Shown: positions 13,501 to 25,119 of the stretch, one piece after another
Position numbering within the stretch: position 1 is the first letter of the stretch
Layout of the letters: each line of letters opens with the position of its first letter
Origin: Hyphochytrium catenoides
Taxonomy: Eukaryota; Protista; Hyphochytriomycota
Length of the DNA: 57,116 nt
Reading direction: 5' to 3'
Assembly: GCA_900088475.1 (NCBI GenBank)
Contig: FLMG01000390.1
Location: 1-57,116, forward strand
Position numbers and translations under genes: made by a program
The notes under the pieces: model-generated
Database searches by the model: none
Told to the model about the DNA's origin: nothing
Seen by the model: only the letters and a program-made list of their open reading frames with translations

Positions 13501-16500
13501 GAAGGGAAAGAGAGAGAATTTTAAGCTCAAGCCACGGCTGCTGCCCTCACTCTCCTACCTCCATACAGTAGTCAATCGCCCAGAGGTGGAAATCTGCCCC
13601 AAGGATCCCGGCCCTAGTCTCTCCTAGCTCCTCAAACACCTGAACAAGCAAAGGAAGAGAGCGAATGCGGCTCATCTCCTTTTCCAGCCCCATCAAAAGC
13701 TCGTCAGAGGGTCGATAGCGGGCATCTCTCGTAGCCTTCCTCAACCGCTCTAGGAATTGGTGGAGAAGGAAGGATTCTTGCTGGTTGCTGTTCTACTCTC
13801 CCAGAAAGCAAGCAAGGTAATGGAGAGGGAGGGAAGACGTACGGCGGCAGTTAGAGGAGGGAACAGTCTATGTCAAGGCAACAGATAGTAGAGAAGAATT
13901 TCTATTAGTTAGTTAGATCGTGCGTTGAGAAAGAAAGCATTTTACATATGCGGGACAAACGGAGGAGACAAGGGACCTGAGACTTTAAGTTCAAAAGCCG
14001 AGTGCTTACCTGTGAGAGGTAAGAGAAGACTTTCGTGAGACTCTTCTCTCTCAGCACAATCTCAGAGATCTTGATATTGATGACATGGCCCGCACTGGTG
14101 ACAGGGAAAGAGACGAAGCACCGTGCCCGGCTGTCTCTCCCTGGCTCAAAGGAGGTACTCTAGACGGGAGAAGATGTGGTAGGCGTAAGACCGTGACATC
14201 ATTGGAGAAATAGGAAAAAAAATAGATACGAGTCAGAGTGTACAAAAGGGCAGAATATGGAACTTTCTTTTCAATCTTCAGCAAGGGCCAGAATGTGAAG
14301 CCCTGCTCTTTACTCTCTGTCATCAAGGCTCTCGTCGTTGCACTACATAACACTCGTCACACTTGCTTACCGATATGATCCTTGCTTGAGGGCCCACGGG
14401 GAGGACCATCACCCTGGGTCCATGGCGGGCCCTCCACAGCTCGAGAAGCCCTCTAGGTGGCGCGTAGATGGCTAAATATAGACCATAGGAGACCTCTGGA
14501 TGAAGAAGGTCCGGATCGGAGAGGACAGTGCCAGAGCAGGTAGAGTGAGAGCGAGCAAGAGGGGGCCTCTCTCCCGCCTTCGCCCCTTCTCGAGTCCTGG
14601 TCTGAGGTTTAAACTGCTCAGGAGACTGCAACCAAGCAATCTGTGCGTCCCTATAGCCCTTCCAGTTGCGGATAACCTACAAATAACACCAGCAGTTGAC
14701 CATATCGCCGTCGATGAAGAAAGACGTTAAAAGAATATCAGTCAGACAAGACGGGTAAGACTACCGTCTCAGGAAAAGGAGTGCTTTAGCGGCCAGGTAA
14801 AGGCTAACAGAAAGGTCACCCATTAGAAAGTGCCAACAAGGTAGAAAAGTCGAGAGTAGCAAACCCCAACAACTAGAAGGCGATCAACATTTGAAACTGA
14901 ATCGCCTATCAAGGACCTCCACAGTGAAAGGGACTCACAAGAAAATGCTTTAGATCGAGCAGCAGCACCCTTCCAAAGGAGTCAGTGCAGGCGGCGAGCT
15001 CCCCGTGCGGGCTCACGATCACTCGCTCAATCTGCCGTCGAGGATCAGACAGACTTGCGCCTAGAGGCACACTGTCAGGAGGAATGCCCGTCATGTTTTG
15101 TTCCTCCTCCGCTGGGAGAGACGATGAAGCATCTCTAGCGTCGCCACCTCCTGATGACCATCCCCAGCTCTTGGCGAAGGACGAGACCTAACACGAACAA
15201 ATCAGAAGAGAGCAGATAGGAAGATGAACAGCAGAGAAAAAAGATGTGCAAGAAGGAGATTCAGACCTACGCTCCGACCTAGCACTTCACGAAGAAACGT
15301 AGAGCAAGAGTTTTTGCAAGATGAGGGAAAGCCGAGGACAAGGTAGAGACAATTACTGAGGCGTAACGTCAATAAAAGAGGAGCTGAGGATAAGGGACAG
15401 AGTATGTTACGACTGCAAAGCGACCAACGTGTGTCTCTCTCTAGGTCACCCTGGCACGAGCGCCATTTTCCTTTCTTCTTACCGCTGAGAAGGCGACAGA
15501 AGCCACCTTGGATGCAACCACTGAGGCTAACTGTCCTATATCAGCTCCTCTCGGATCTATTCCCTTCGTGTATAAGGAGAGGCAGGGCCCTCTTCCTCCT
15601 CCTAGCACATTGCAAGAACCCATACGATGGTGAGACTGGAAAAGCGAGGGAGGGGAGGGCCCACAGTAAACAGCCATGTTCAGCCTCTCTTGACCGGCGA
15701 GGAGCCACTTGCGGCAATGGATAGGCTTGGAGAGCAGAAAGGAATCACTTCCTAGCCTTTCTCTTGTGGTTTGTTCTCTCGCTTTCCCGGCTTTTAATAT
15801 CTCAGAGAGCGAGAGAATAACCAAGACCGAATTATCATGCAGGACCCAGAGCTGCGTCTCCTCTCCTTCCCTTCCCCCTCCGGCCTCAGAACTGGAGAGA
15901 AGTGAATCTGCAACTAAACTGCCCTGAGACCGAGAGATTTGGATGATCGAAGCATCTTCAAATTTCTAGGAAATGGGAAGCCGAAAGCGAGAACGACAAG
16001 ACCAAGAAGTGAGAGAAAGAGTGTTATTTATGTCACCGAGAGAGAAGGCGAAGGCGGGAAGAGCAAAGTGGGCAAGCTCTCTCGGGAGAAGGAAGAGGAA
16101 TGGACGGGATAAGCAACAGCAGAGACTGAGGAATAGCAAAGCAAGTCACAATAGAAAGGGATGGACCCTCATCCTCACGAGTCACACCACCAAGACAGGG
16201 GCAAAGCCCATGGAAGAAATGTAAAGAATGAACACGGCCAAGTCTCAGAAATTATAGCGCAGATTAAATAGCACCAGGAGAAAGAGGGAAGAAGAGGAGG
16301 CAAGTGTGAATTGTTAAGCGACGCGATCGACAGAAGAAGAAAAGATCCTCGACGGTGCATAAATGCGTGATCATTGGAGGATGACCCACGGCGCTCAGAT
16401 CGCCTCAGTATGACGATACGATGGACTGAAATCAGGAAGGGACTGAAACAAGGACTGTAGAGATGGAGAGACACGGAGAGGGCGGACAAAGGGAAAGCTA

Positions 16501-17025
16501 CGACAGACGAAGAGAAGAACAGACAGAGAGGCCCTTCACCTGTGAAAAAATATTCTTCCCTTCAATGTCATAGACATGGAATAGCCCAGACGACGTTCCA
16601 ATGGCAACATGATAATCATCCAGAAACGCTCCTGCAGAGACGAACTCATCCTCATCTCTATGGAGATTGAGCTCCAAGAGCCTCGTCTTATGCGCCAGAT
16701 TGTGATGGTGATCTTGAGAGTGCAAAGGGAAGACTAGTAGAGCATTTTCCCTGCGGGCACAAAGGCAGCACTTGCTGTCTACTGAGAGATCGAATATCAG
16801 GTCCTTCTCTCCTATCCACGCCCCTCTCTTGACAGAGGCGAGAGAAAGTCTCTCCCGCTGTTCCAGTTGATGACGGGCAAAAATGCTGCCATACGTCAGT
16901 CTATGAAGGACTGAAGAGACATCTTCAGCCCGGAAAGAGCCGAACTCGAAGAGGGAGTTAGAGGAATGCTCGTCTGGATCCAACAGGGAGGAAGAGCTCT
17001 CCATACTGTCATCGAAAGCCGCCAT
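7585..17025 (-). CDS. RAB3GAP2: Rab3 GTPase-activating protein non-catalytic subunit, multi-exon
   Basis: First exon 17025-~16540 (VAIGTSSGLFHVYDIEGKNIFSQ). Later exons give LSDPRRQIERVIVSPHGELAACTDSFGRVLLLD, IRNWKGYRDAQIAWL and LYLAIYAPPRGLLELWRARHGPRV, all diagnostic RAB3GAP2_N motifs. Further exons lie near 13550-13790, 13040-13260, 12380-12830, 11440-12000, 10570-10860, 9950-10270, 9460-9700 and 8330-8660. The likely last exon reads ...RCLTMLPSDRPDYKKLMELSQVSAGLLQTVQWVESS* with the stop at 7585. C-terminal exon boundaries are approximate. Confidence 0.88.
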
Positions 17026-18741
17026 GGCTGCTACTTGGCTAGTCCCTCGTTTGGGAACCCTTCCTTACGACAGGCACTCTCTCTTCTATGTCGCCGCTCT
17101 CGTTTCCCCCCGGTGAACCTTTCCGTGCGGTCTTCTATGTCCTCCACTCTCTCGAGCAAAGGCTGGGCGAGTGATTATCTCTCTCGCGTTGCGTATTCCT
17201 CAACTACTCTTGCTTCAACTCCTGAACAGTGATACCGCCTTGGCACGCACGGAGGCTCCTGTGGATGAGGAGGAAGGGAAGACAGCCTCCTAGGATATCT
17301 CCATCTTTGGTGTGACTTTTTACTCTTCTGTTCCCTTCTGCGTGACTTTCGACGCTCTGCCTTCTTAATCCTCTTCTTGCTTTCTCCCTCGTCCTCTCCC
17401 TCGCTCTTCCCCTGCGCTTCTCTCCCTTTAGGCTGCCACTCTGCTGGACGGGCGGCACCCTTTGAACTACCGAATCTTCCTTCTGGGCCTGCACTGGCCG
17501 TCGAGAGCGCTAATAACAGGTGCAGCTAGGCCTGAGGAGGGCGGCAGAGGGAGAGTTCATGATGCCAATCAGACGAAGATTCTTGGCTGATCCACAGCAA
17601 TTTCTTCCTCTTTCTTCATGTTTCTCCTCTTGCCGTCTCCCTCTTGGGGTCTCTCTCCCTCTTTTCCCTATGTTTACTGTGACTCTGTTTCACACTACAA
17701 GTCATCCCACTTCCTATCTAATCAGTGCTCTGTCTCGTGGCTTGTATGTGCAGTCCCTCTACCTATTCCCTATCTCTCTTGGCATCTTTGTTTCTGCCTT
17801 CCGATATCCCAAATCTCGAAAATAACTGCTACAAGCGAATTGGTTTTACCTTACCTCACCGCATTGCCGAATGTAGCAAAGACTACACAATTCATATTTT
17901 ATAAAAAGGTGCAGTCACTGAAGTAGGAGTCGAAAATTGGAACTCCTTGAAACTAGATTAATTTTGGTTACTTCGTAAAGAGAAAGGAAAGAAGGCTCTC
18001 ACTCTTATTTAGTGGGGCTAGATCATCATTATCAACCAACTTATGGGCAGTGCTTTCTAGAGCAGGAGGCAGAAGAGGCACAACAGCAGCAAGGAGCAGG
18101 AGGGGAGGAAGGGGGCGGAAGCCTGGCAATCAGAACGCGAGACACTGTGGCCATAGAATGTGGTGATGAGAAGGAATGATGAAAGAAGGAATGATAGACT
18201 TTTATAAGAAGACGTAGGAGCACCACATCTTTCCTTGGCACTGCAGGTAGCAGGAGCGATGAGTTTATATATCTCTTTCCACTATGACATGTGAGTTACA
18301 GGGTCCCTTGCTTCATTCACGAACGCAGGTGTTATTAGTTACTGCTGAAGCCTCCGCTTTCCGCCATTCCCTATCCCAACCGACATCAACCGTCATAGAT
18401 GCTGAAGCAATGATGGGCGCTGACCCATTCAGGGTATTATTATGGCTACGAATCGGGCGGCCCTCTCTCTCTATCGCCCTCTCATCCCATGTGCGCCAAT
18501 GAACACCTACTTCACCTGCTGTGCTTACCGACTCTTTCTTCTTACTAGTGTCCGTCTTCAACCTTCGCCGTGCTTTTCGTTGCGGAGAGTATAGGTCGGG
18601 AAAAGGGGTCGGGAACAATTATTCCCGGCAATCCCATTGACGCCAGCCCTCAATCAACCATACTAATACCAATTCTTCCTGTCAAGACATCCATTTTTTC
18701 CCTATTTGCGCACTATACATGCCCTTTTAGCAACTCAATTC

Positions 18742-18840
18742 TCCTCTTGCCTATGAGGGACTTCCCGCTGTCTGAGTGAGGGACTCGCCGCTGTCTGAGT
18801 GAGGGACGTTTACTGTCTGAGTGAGGGACTTCCTCTTGCC
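18742..18840 (+). repeat. Short tandem array of ~23-bp units (3.5 copies) flanked by a 10-bp direct repeat
   Basis: Units TGAGGGACTTCCCGCTGTCTGAG / TGAGGGACTCGCCGCTGTCTGAG / TGAGGGACGTTTACTGTCTGAG / TGAGGGACT. TCCTCTTGCC at 18742-18751 and 18831-18840. Confidence 0.85.
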
Positions 18841-19379
18841 AGCTGAATAAAAAAATTTCAACCCCGCTAGCCCGCAAATGCTCCTCAACCCACCAAGTTT
18901 AGTACCAAGATACGTGAGCATGTTCTTTTGACTAAGTCAATGTGAACCCCGCGGCTCGTGGGGTAGGGAACACCTAATCTAGCCCTACGGAAACCGGTGC
19001 ATAAAACCTTCCCAGCTAATAAGACATCTCTCTTTTGTAGGGAAGGCGCTGACCAAGTGACTACTCGACGAGTGATCACTGGCCCTTGCTTGGTGATGAT
19101 CTGTGGAGAGTCTCTTATTGTCCACACGAGCAATGACTAGGAGGATGCAATAGGGTAGGTGAAAGATGTTGCTGCACGCGGCTCCACAGGATGAGAAGAT
19201 GTCCTAATAATAACAACCGCGCCAGGCAGAGTGAAACAGCAGCAATTTATCGGCAAGCCGAGGTAACAGGAGGAGTCTATTCTATAATAATGGACGTCGT
19301 CAGAGACCCCTTCTCTACCTCTTCCATGTGGAAGAAGCAGATATTAGTACCTAGAGCCTACGAGAACTGGGGAAACGGC

Positions 19380-20700
19380 AAGGACAGGCTCATTAGCTCT
19401 TCCTCGCGATCAACATCATCAAGTCAACTCCATTTCGTCTGCGGCCGCTTATTTTCACGATATTGTAGACTTGATATTATATTAGTACGATAGCTCTAGA
19501 GCCACCGTCTCGTTCACATTTATTGGCGAAAGAGTCGTACGACGTAGGACCGCGACATGAAAGGTAGTCCTAGAAGGATCTTAGGTCAATGGTGCCATGT
19601 CTTATAGTATTGCATCACCTCCGCCCGCCTTCTTTGCTTGCCTTGGTGATGTATGAACGAGCCATGAGACCAGAAGTGCGAACCATCATGGGACCTTCTG
19701 GCTCTTCTGTCCCTACTGCTGGATAATAAGGAGGGTGCTGCAACAAGGAAAACAGTTGAGTCCATGAGAGCGCAATAGCCGAGAGGAGGGTGGAAGGCTC
19801 GAGAAACAACAGGTAATATTAGTCTAGCAAGCCAGTAAAGAGATACACACACGGTCGTCGGGCCTACTACTGACAGGATAGAGGCTAGACGGTCGTTCCT
19901 TACTACTCCGGTGAGCTTATCATCTTATCCATGTTGTTCGTAATCAATACGATGTAGTAGTAGTAGGGCGGAGGTATAGACCGATAGCACGTCCTGCCGT
20001 GCGGTAGTTCTATTTAACCAACAAGAACGAAGGAGGAGAGGACAAGCCGGAGAGATAGAATGCCAGAAGATAGACAGCAGCACCACGCCGTCCCAAGGTG
20101 AGGAAGGACTCACTCGTCTATGTACAGCTCTATGTACACTACTACCGTTATCACTTCCGAAAGATCTTTCTTGAACAACAACGGTACAGCTTGTGGTGGT
20201 AATAGACGCGCGTCGGCCCTGTGTACCTTAGGTCCACCTAAGGAACGTCACTTAGAAAGACTCCATACGAGTATAGCACCCAAGCACCTCCCCATCCCCA
20301 GTACGACTACTGCGGGTCGGTCCAGTACCAGTAATAACAGCTCATACCGAGCGGGTAAAGGCAGTGGCTGGATGATCTTAGATACAGTGCTTCAGTACTG
20401 GCTTCTACAGTCAACACTGTACAAAGAACTACCAGTAGTGTAGTGTGTGACTGGGTCCTTTGGTGATGGCGGGTGGGTGATGAAGTACTGCTGTAGACTC
20501 TCCAAAGCTTCGCTGAAGTGACCCACCCACCCTCACCCTCAGAAATATCCGTTTTGGACGGCTCGATCGGGCTCCGTCGGTTACCCTGCGGGATAGGAGG
20601 AACCTCCCACTTTCGAATCCCTTAGGAGAGTGAGAAATACCCGTCAGGTAACGTCGGCAGACAGGGGTGTGTACCTCCAGTGCGAACACTTCTTCGGTAC
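19380..20700 (-). pseudogene. Possible degenerate tyrosine-recombinase (DIRS/Crypton-type) remnant
   Basis: Minus-strand fragments in plausible order: GVVLLSIF...LLLRSC, RSSKER, GPMMV...ARSYITKASKE, GTIDLRSF*DYLSCRG, TKWS. They loosely parallel the YR motifs (FF.LLR.SE, SKTD, PLF, G.DP..F.THSLR.G, GRW.S). Broken by stops and frameshifts. Confidence 0.3.
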
Positions 20701-21403
20701 ATAGACGGCGAGGTTGTGGGAAGAACTATGTGGGGGTGTCAAGCAGGTAAGAAAGCATTCTTGGAGCTAGGCCAATGAAGGTGAGAGGTGGCCAATTCCA
20801 AGCCCCGCAGTATTACTACGTCACTCATCAACAGGTATAGTCCTTCAAAGACTACATTGCAGGTCCATATTATTAGGATCAGGTGAGACAGAGTATCCCT
20901 CCCAAGAACAATTCAACACGCGAGACAGAGTCCTTTTGACATAGAATCTCGTCAGGTAATCTACCAGTGATGGTGAGAGACAGAGCGAAGAGAGAGAGAG
21001 CGATCGTGGAAGAGAAAGGTTTCCCATTCCGACGCTCACATCTTCCCTTCTTTACAAGGCCAAAAAGGACCTTTCTCTTTTTGGCAATGCCAAAGCTTCA
21101 TCAATCAATCATCTGCAGATTTCTGAGCTATCTTTAAATTGAGCTCATCTGGAGCACTCGCTGTGAGCAGACCTGTAGACTAATATAGAATCATTGTAGC
21201 GTCGTCTCCTTCCACTGAGCTCAAGGGCGATTTAACGAGTGCTAGCAAAGCCTTGCGTTGAGAGGTAGTAGTAAAGACATGATGGACTACACAGATCAGA
21301 AGGAGCCCTCTCCTTCTCATGCCGGTGTCTTTTATTTCAGATCGTGAGACAGGGGGATCATATCTCTCTCTCTGGTATTCTTTTCTCAAGCTAGAGAGCC
21401 GCC

Positions 21404-22489
21404 ATGCCACGCCACTGTGACTCTTACAAGGCTCCAACTTTTGGTACGAGGTGCCGGGAGTGTTTCCAGCTTGCAGAAGTGCATGCTTCTCCATCCCCAT
21501 CTACCTCTAACGCTACCGGCCATAGAAATGGCTCAGCTCCTAGTCTATCACATAGATTGGAGGAGTTTCCCATCATTGAAAAAGGGGCAACAAAAGGGGA
21601 AGAAGAGCCTCTCATTGAGAGTCTAACAAACTCGATTAGAAGAGTAGTCGACAGGAAGTATACTGGCACATCTTTCAACCACTCAATCAAGCATGTGGCC
21701 TCACTTCCTGCAATGAAAGTGAAAGAGGAGAGCTCTGTTATTCACGACGAGAAACTTGGCCCTCCGCTTGCTTCACCTCCTCATCCTTTCTCTTCGGCAG
21801 CTGGCAGCCACAACGAGGAGTTGAAATTCAGGAGCTCCAAAGCAAGCTCCGCCAGTACTCTAAACCGGTATCAAGATGAGACAGACAGCTCTTCAGCGTC
21901 TGAAGGTCCATTAGAAGTGCCGTCTCCACTCTCCGCACATGCCTCCACTGTCGTATTGCCTGTGGGTGATCGTGCCTCGAAGAACTACGGGTCTAACAAG
22001 GGGCGAGCTAAGCAGACTCACGAGGATAGGGAAAGACGAGAATGTAAAGGCAGAGAGCAGTCACAGAGCAATCTGAAGTCCCCTTCTCTCCTCTCTGCTC
22101 TTTGGAAGAGCTCCTCAACTGCACCTATGTCATGCGACAAATGCCGGGATAGTTTCAGCTGGAAGAAGCGCCGTCATCGTTGCCGTCTGTGCGCTCTGTA
22201 CGTTTGTGAGAGCTGCTGCAAAAGAATCCAGCTTCCTTCGTCTCTTGCGCTCCATAAAGAGTTAAAGAAGGTAGATCGAAGGCTCCCACAGTGGGTCTGC
22301 ATTGAGTGTGTGAGCAGCCAGATAAGAAAAATTCGGACTTTGAGTGAAGGAGACCTTGACCTCAAGAGCATTGAAAGGATGAAGCAGGAAGGTAAGCTTT
22401 GCTCTCTCTATCACGCGCGCGTCCTTGCTCTTGTACATACTCAGGCTGTTTGTTTGAGAGCCTTCTTAAGCTTGGTTTATTGCATCTGA
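21404..22489 (+). CDS. FYVE-type zinc-finger protein; true 3' end may be spliced (GTAAG donor near 22392, followed by an N gap)
   Basis: 361-aa ORF with W...CDKCRDSFSWKKRRHRCRLCALYVCESCC...WVCIEC (eight-Cys FYVE pattern), a Ser-rich linker, and an N-terminal C-x11-C-x2-C-x6-H motif. Confidence 0.8.
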   Translation: MPRHCDSYKAPTFGTRCRECFQLAEVHASPSPSTSNATGHRNGSAPSLSHRLEEFPIIEKGATKGEEEPLIESLTNSIRRVVDRKYTGTSFNHSIKHVASLPAMKVKEESSVIHDEKLGPPLASPPHPFSSAAGSHNEELKFRSSKASSASTLNRYQDETDSSSASEGPLEVPSPLSAHASTVVLPVGDRASKNYGSNKGRAKQTHEDRERRECKGREQSQSNLKSPSLLSALWKSSSTAPMSCDKCRDSFSWKKRRHRCRLCALYVCESCCKRIQLPSSLALHKELKKVDRRLPQWVCIECVSSQIRKIRTLSEGDLDLKSIERMKQEGKLCSLYHARVLALVHTQAVCLRAFLSLVYCI

Positions 22490-23078
22490 CGTTTACTGCT
22501 CTTGNNNNNNNNNNNNNNNNNNNNNNNNNNNNNNNNNNNNNNNNNNNNNNNNNNNNNNNNNNNNNNNNTCAGACTCCCTCTTGCCTTTCAACCTTTTCTC
22601 ACTGAGCCTTGTCCCATTGCAGTTGTAGGCCTTCACCCAATCATCGGATCAGACATGCACCACCAGAGGTCTCTCACGACTCGATGAGCTTCGTCCACCT
22701 TTCTGGGTCTTTCCTTAGCTAGCCGGACTATACAATTCGTCTGTTTGTGCGTATCAGCACGATTAGCCGTTGCGTCTCTCTCTGTCTCCTGTGAGGCTGC
22801 TTGGCAGACACATCAACTTAACTTATTTATATTTATTGGGATGGACTAGATACCGTACTTCATTGTGCTGTTCACTCTCACCCGAGGCCACTGCATCAGT
22901 GTGGTGAGTCTTCTTTACATATCTCACCCTTCAAATTCGGCTCTCCTTCCTGCTCCTTCTTTAAAACCAACTCACCTGGTCCGGCCTGGTCGCTTTCACA
23001 AGCTCCATCGGCCGGTGTGGTTTTCATCGCTGTCTCTTCATTCTTTCTATTTACTAGATATTCCTGTGAGAGAAGTTC

Positions 23079-24211
23079 CTAGAGTAGGAAGATATCCTCT
23101 GTCGGTGCTTCAAAGACTCTGTATGATGCTGGTCTTTCTAACACGTCATCCAGCTTCTTGATAAGATTCTTGTACACTGGGTTCTGCACGTCAGGTACAG
23201 CAGCAGGCGACAAATAAGTGGTGAGGGAGAAGTGCTGGTGCGACAAGGAAAGGCGGGCTATAACCCAAAGAGAAGCCTCGCTCGCTAAGTACAAATCACG
23301 TTTGGGCCCTCAAACGTTTGTCGTCATTTCGTCTAGTAGACAGGGAAAGAGACAAAGATGGAGACGTGGTTCCTAACGATAATCCCTTCTCTTGTGGCCT
23401 TGATAAGCCTTCGACAGCTGCTGCCTCTCTCTCTCCAGAAACCATTTCCTACAGAAGAGAATTCCTTCGCTTCGCTCTCATTCTTCTCTCTCTCCAGGTT
23501 CTCCTTCTCTTACCTGTAGCCAGTTCTCGTAATCCTTCTTTGACCGCCACTGTGTAAACTTGTTATCCATCGATATAGACAAGAGACACGCAAAGTATTC
23601 TCTTTTACCTTGGTGAGGATCACATAGCGGTGATGATCACTAACGTCACGTAGAGTGCGGTAAGACATCAGTCCAGGCTGCTTGGTTACCTGCTCATGCA
23701 CCTGAAGACAGTGGAACGCAAGGGATTAATGCGGGGAGAGGAAGCAAAGGAAGTCACCAGTGCAAAATAACGCATAAGAGAGAGAGAGTCTAAGAGATGG
23801 AGTAGAGAATGACAGACTTCTTTAAGCAAATAATATAAGTGACAAGAATCGAGAGCAACAAAGACCGAAGAGAGAGAATAACACGCTCCTTCATAGTGGA
23901 AGCTCGCACTAAGTGGGCGTCCGGTAGATAGCGAGAAAGATCGAAAGAGCTAAGCAGCAAGAAGGGAGACGAATGGACTAGGGAAGAAGGGGCAAAAGCA
24001 AGGCCTGGGGGCAGGAGCCCATAGATGACTCCCCAGAGGCCAAAACTCGTTGAAAATCAAGCACACCATATGGGGCCTCGCCCCTGGAGAGCGGAAGGCA
24101 ACCACCACCCATGATTAAGGCTAGCCCACTCACCCCCTCCATTAATCGGGCTACAGCTGGCTCAAAACCCTTCACCATTATCCGTTCACTCAGCACGCGG
24201 ATGGGCGACAT
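23079..24211 (-). CDS. Small antibiotic-biosynthesis-monooxygenase (ABM)/dimeric alpha-beta barrel protein, 4 exons, ~103 aa
   Basis: Exons 24211-24134, 23701-~23609, 23549-23514 and 23183-23079 join in phase 0: MSPIRVLSERIMVKGFEPAVARLMEG|VHEQVTKQPGLMSYRTLRDVSDHHRYVILTK|WRSKKDYENWLQ|NPVYKNLIKKLDDVLERPASYRVFEAPTEDIFLL*. The QPG...Y...W.S...W pattern is typical of ABM. Confidence 0.82.
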
Positions 24212-24505
24212 CTTTCGTTCAAATGGAGTGATATATCAGATAGAGCACGGGAAGTTACACGTCCGGTCCTAATGCTTGCTGGACCTTCTGTCACTTATGT
24301 TCTTGGCTGTTTGCCGTGAGAACGCTGCTTGACCTCTGTCACTGCTGCTTCCACTCTTCTTGTTTATGCTATGACTGAACGGAAGAAAGAAGCCTGTGGC
24401 GGGGCCAGGTGAAGCTTTTGCGATGAATGATCTGGTTGAAGCTTCAGAAGAGCATCTGAAGCATTGATCCTTTCATTCTTCTCCCACATCAACTGTTCCA
24501 AAGCT

Positions 24506-24624
24506 TGACCCGGGTTAGCTTGACTCGAATCTGGTACTTGATCTATGGCTTACTTATTTCCTTGACCCGGGTCACTCAATCCAATTTTGAGCCTTTAGCA
24601 CGGCTATGCGAAGAATGACCCGGG
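24506..24624. promoter_or_regulatory. Three TGACCCGGG(TCA) motifs in a divergent intergenic region
   Basis: TGACCCGGG at 24506, 24563 (full palindrome TGACCCGGGTCA) and 24616, between the head-to-head ABM and PSF3 genes. Confidence 0.35.
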
Positions 24625-25119
24625 CTCTTTGATTTGGGTGCGGCTCTGCCGTCTGTTGTTGGCGCGAAGCTCCAACAGGTTCAGTTTTGAAAGAGCAAAA
24701 AAAACAAGGGCCGAGCGAGGTCAGAGGTCAGTGCAATGCCCAGAGTCACACAGCAGGCGCCCGGGACACCCGCTGTTCTGGTCTGCAGGCAGAGTCAGGT
24801 CAGGCACTATTCGTGAGCCGTCGCACGTGGGTCTGGTTTGTCGGTCTTACTCTGCTTGTAGATGAACGTTGGCGCATTCCAGTGGCAGCATTGATGCCCG
24901 GCATTCCAGAGCAGTTCTTGAGTGCAGATAGACAACAGACTCTAGTCTTAGCTGCTCTTCGCCCCTAACTTCCAAACATCCAAGTGGGACCGGGGAAGCG
25001 GACGACACTGGACCAGTAGAGTCAGCTCGAGGTACAGGCGAGTATCAAAGTGGAGTACTCTTCCGTACGTGACTGGAGCTGTACGTGGATTATGGAGAGG
25101 TCATCCTAGAAGTTTAATC

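Noticed and set aside
18754-18832. CRISPR-like repeat/spacer pattern
   Set aside because: Linkers are only 5-6 nt, there are no cas genes, and the DNA is eukaryotic.
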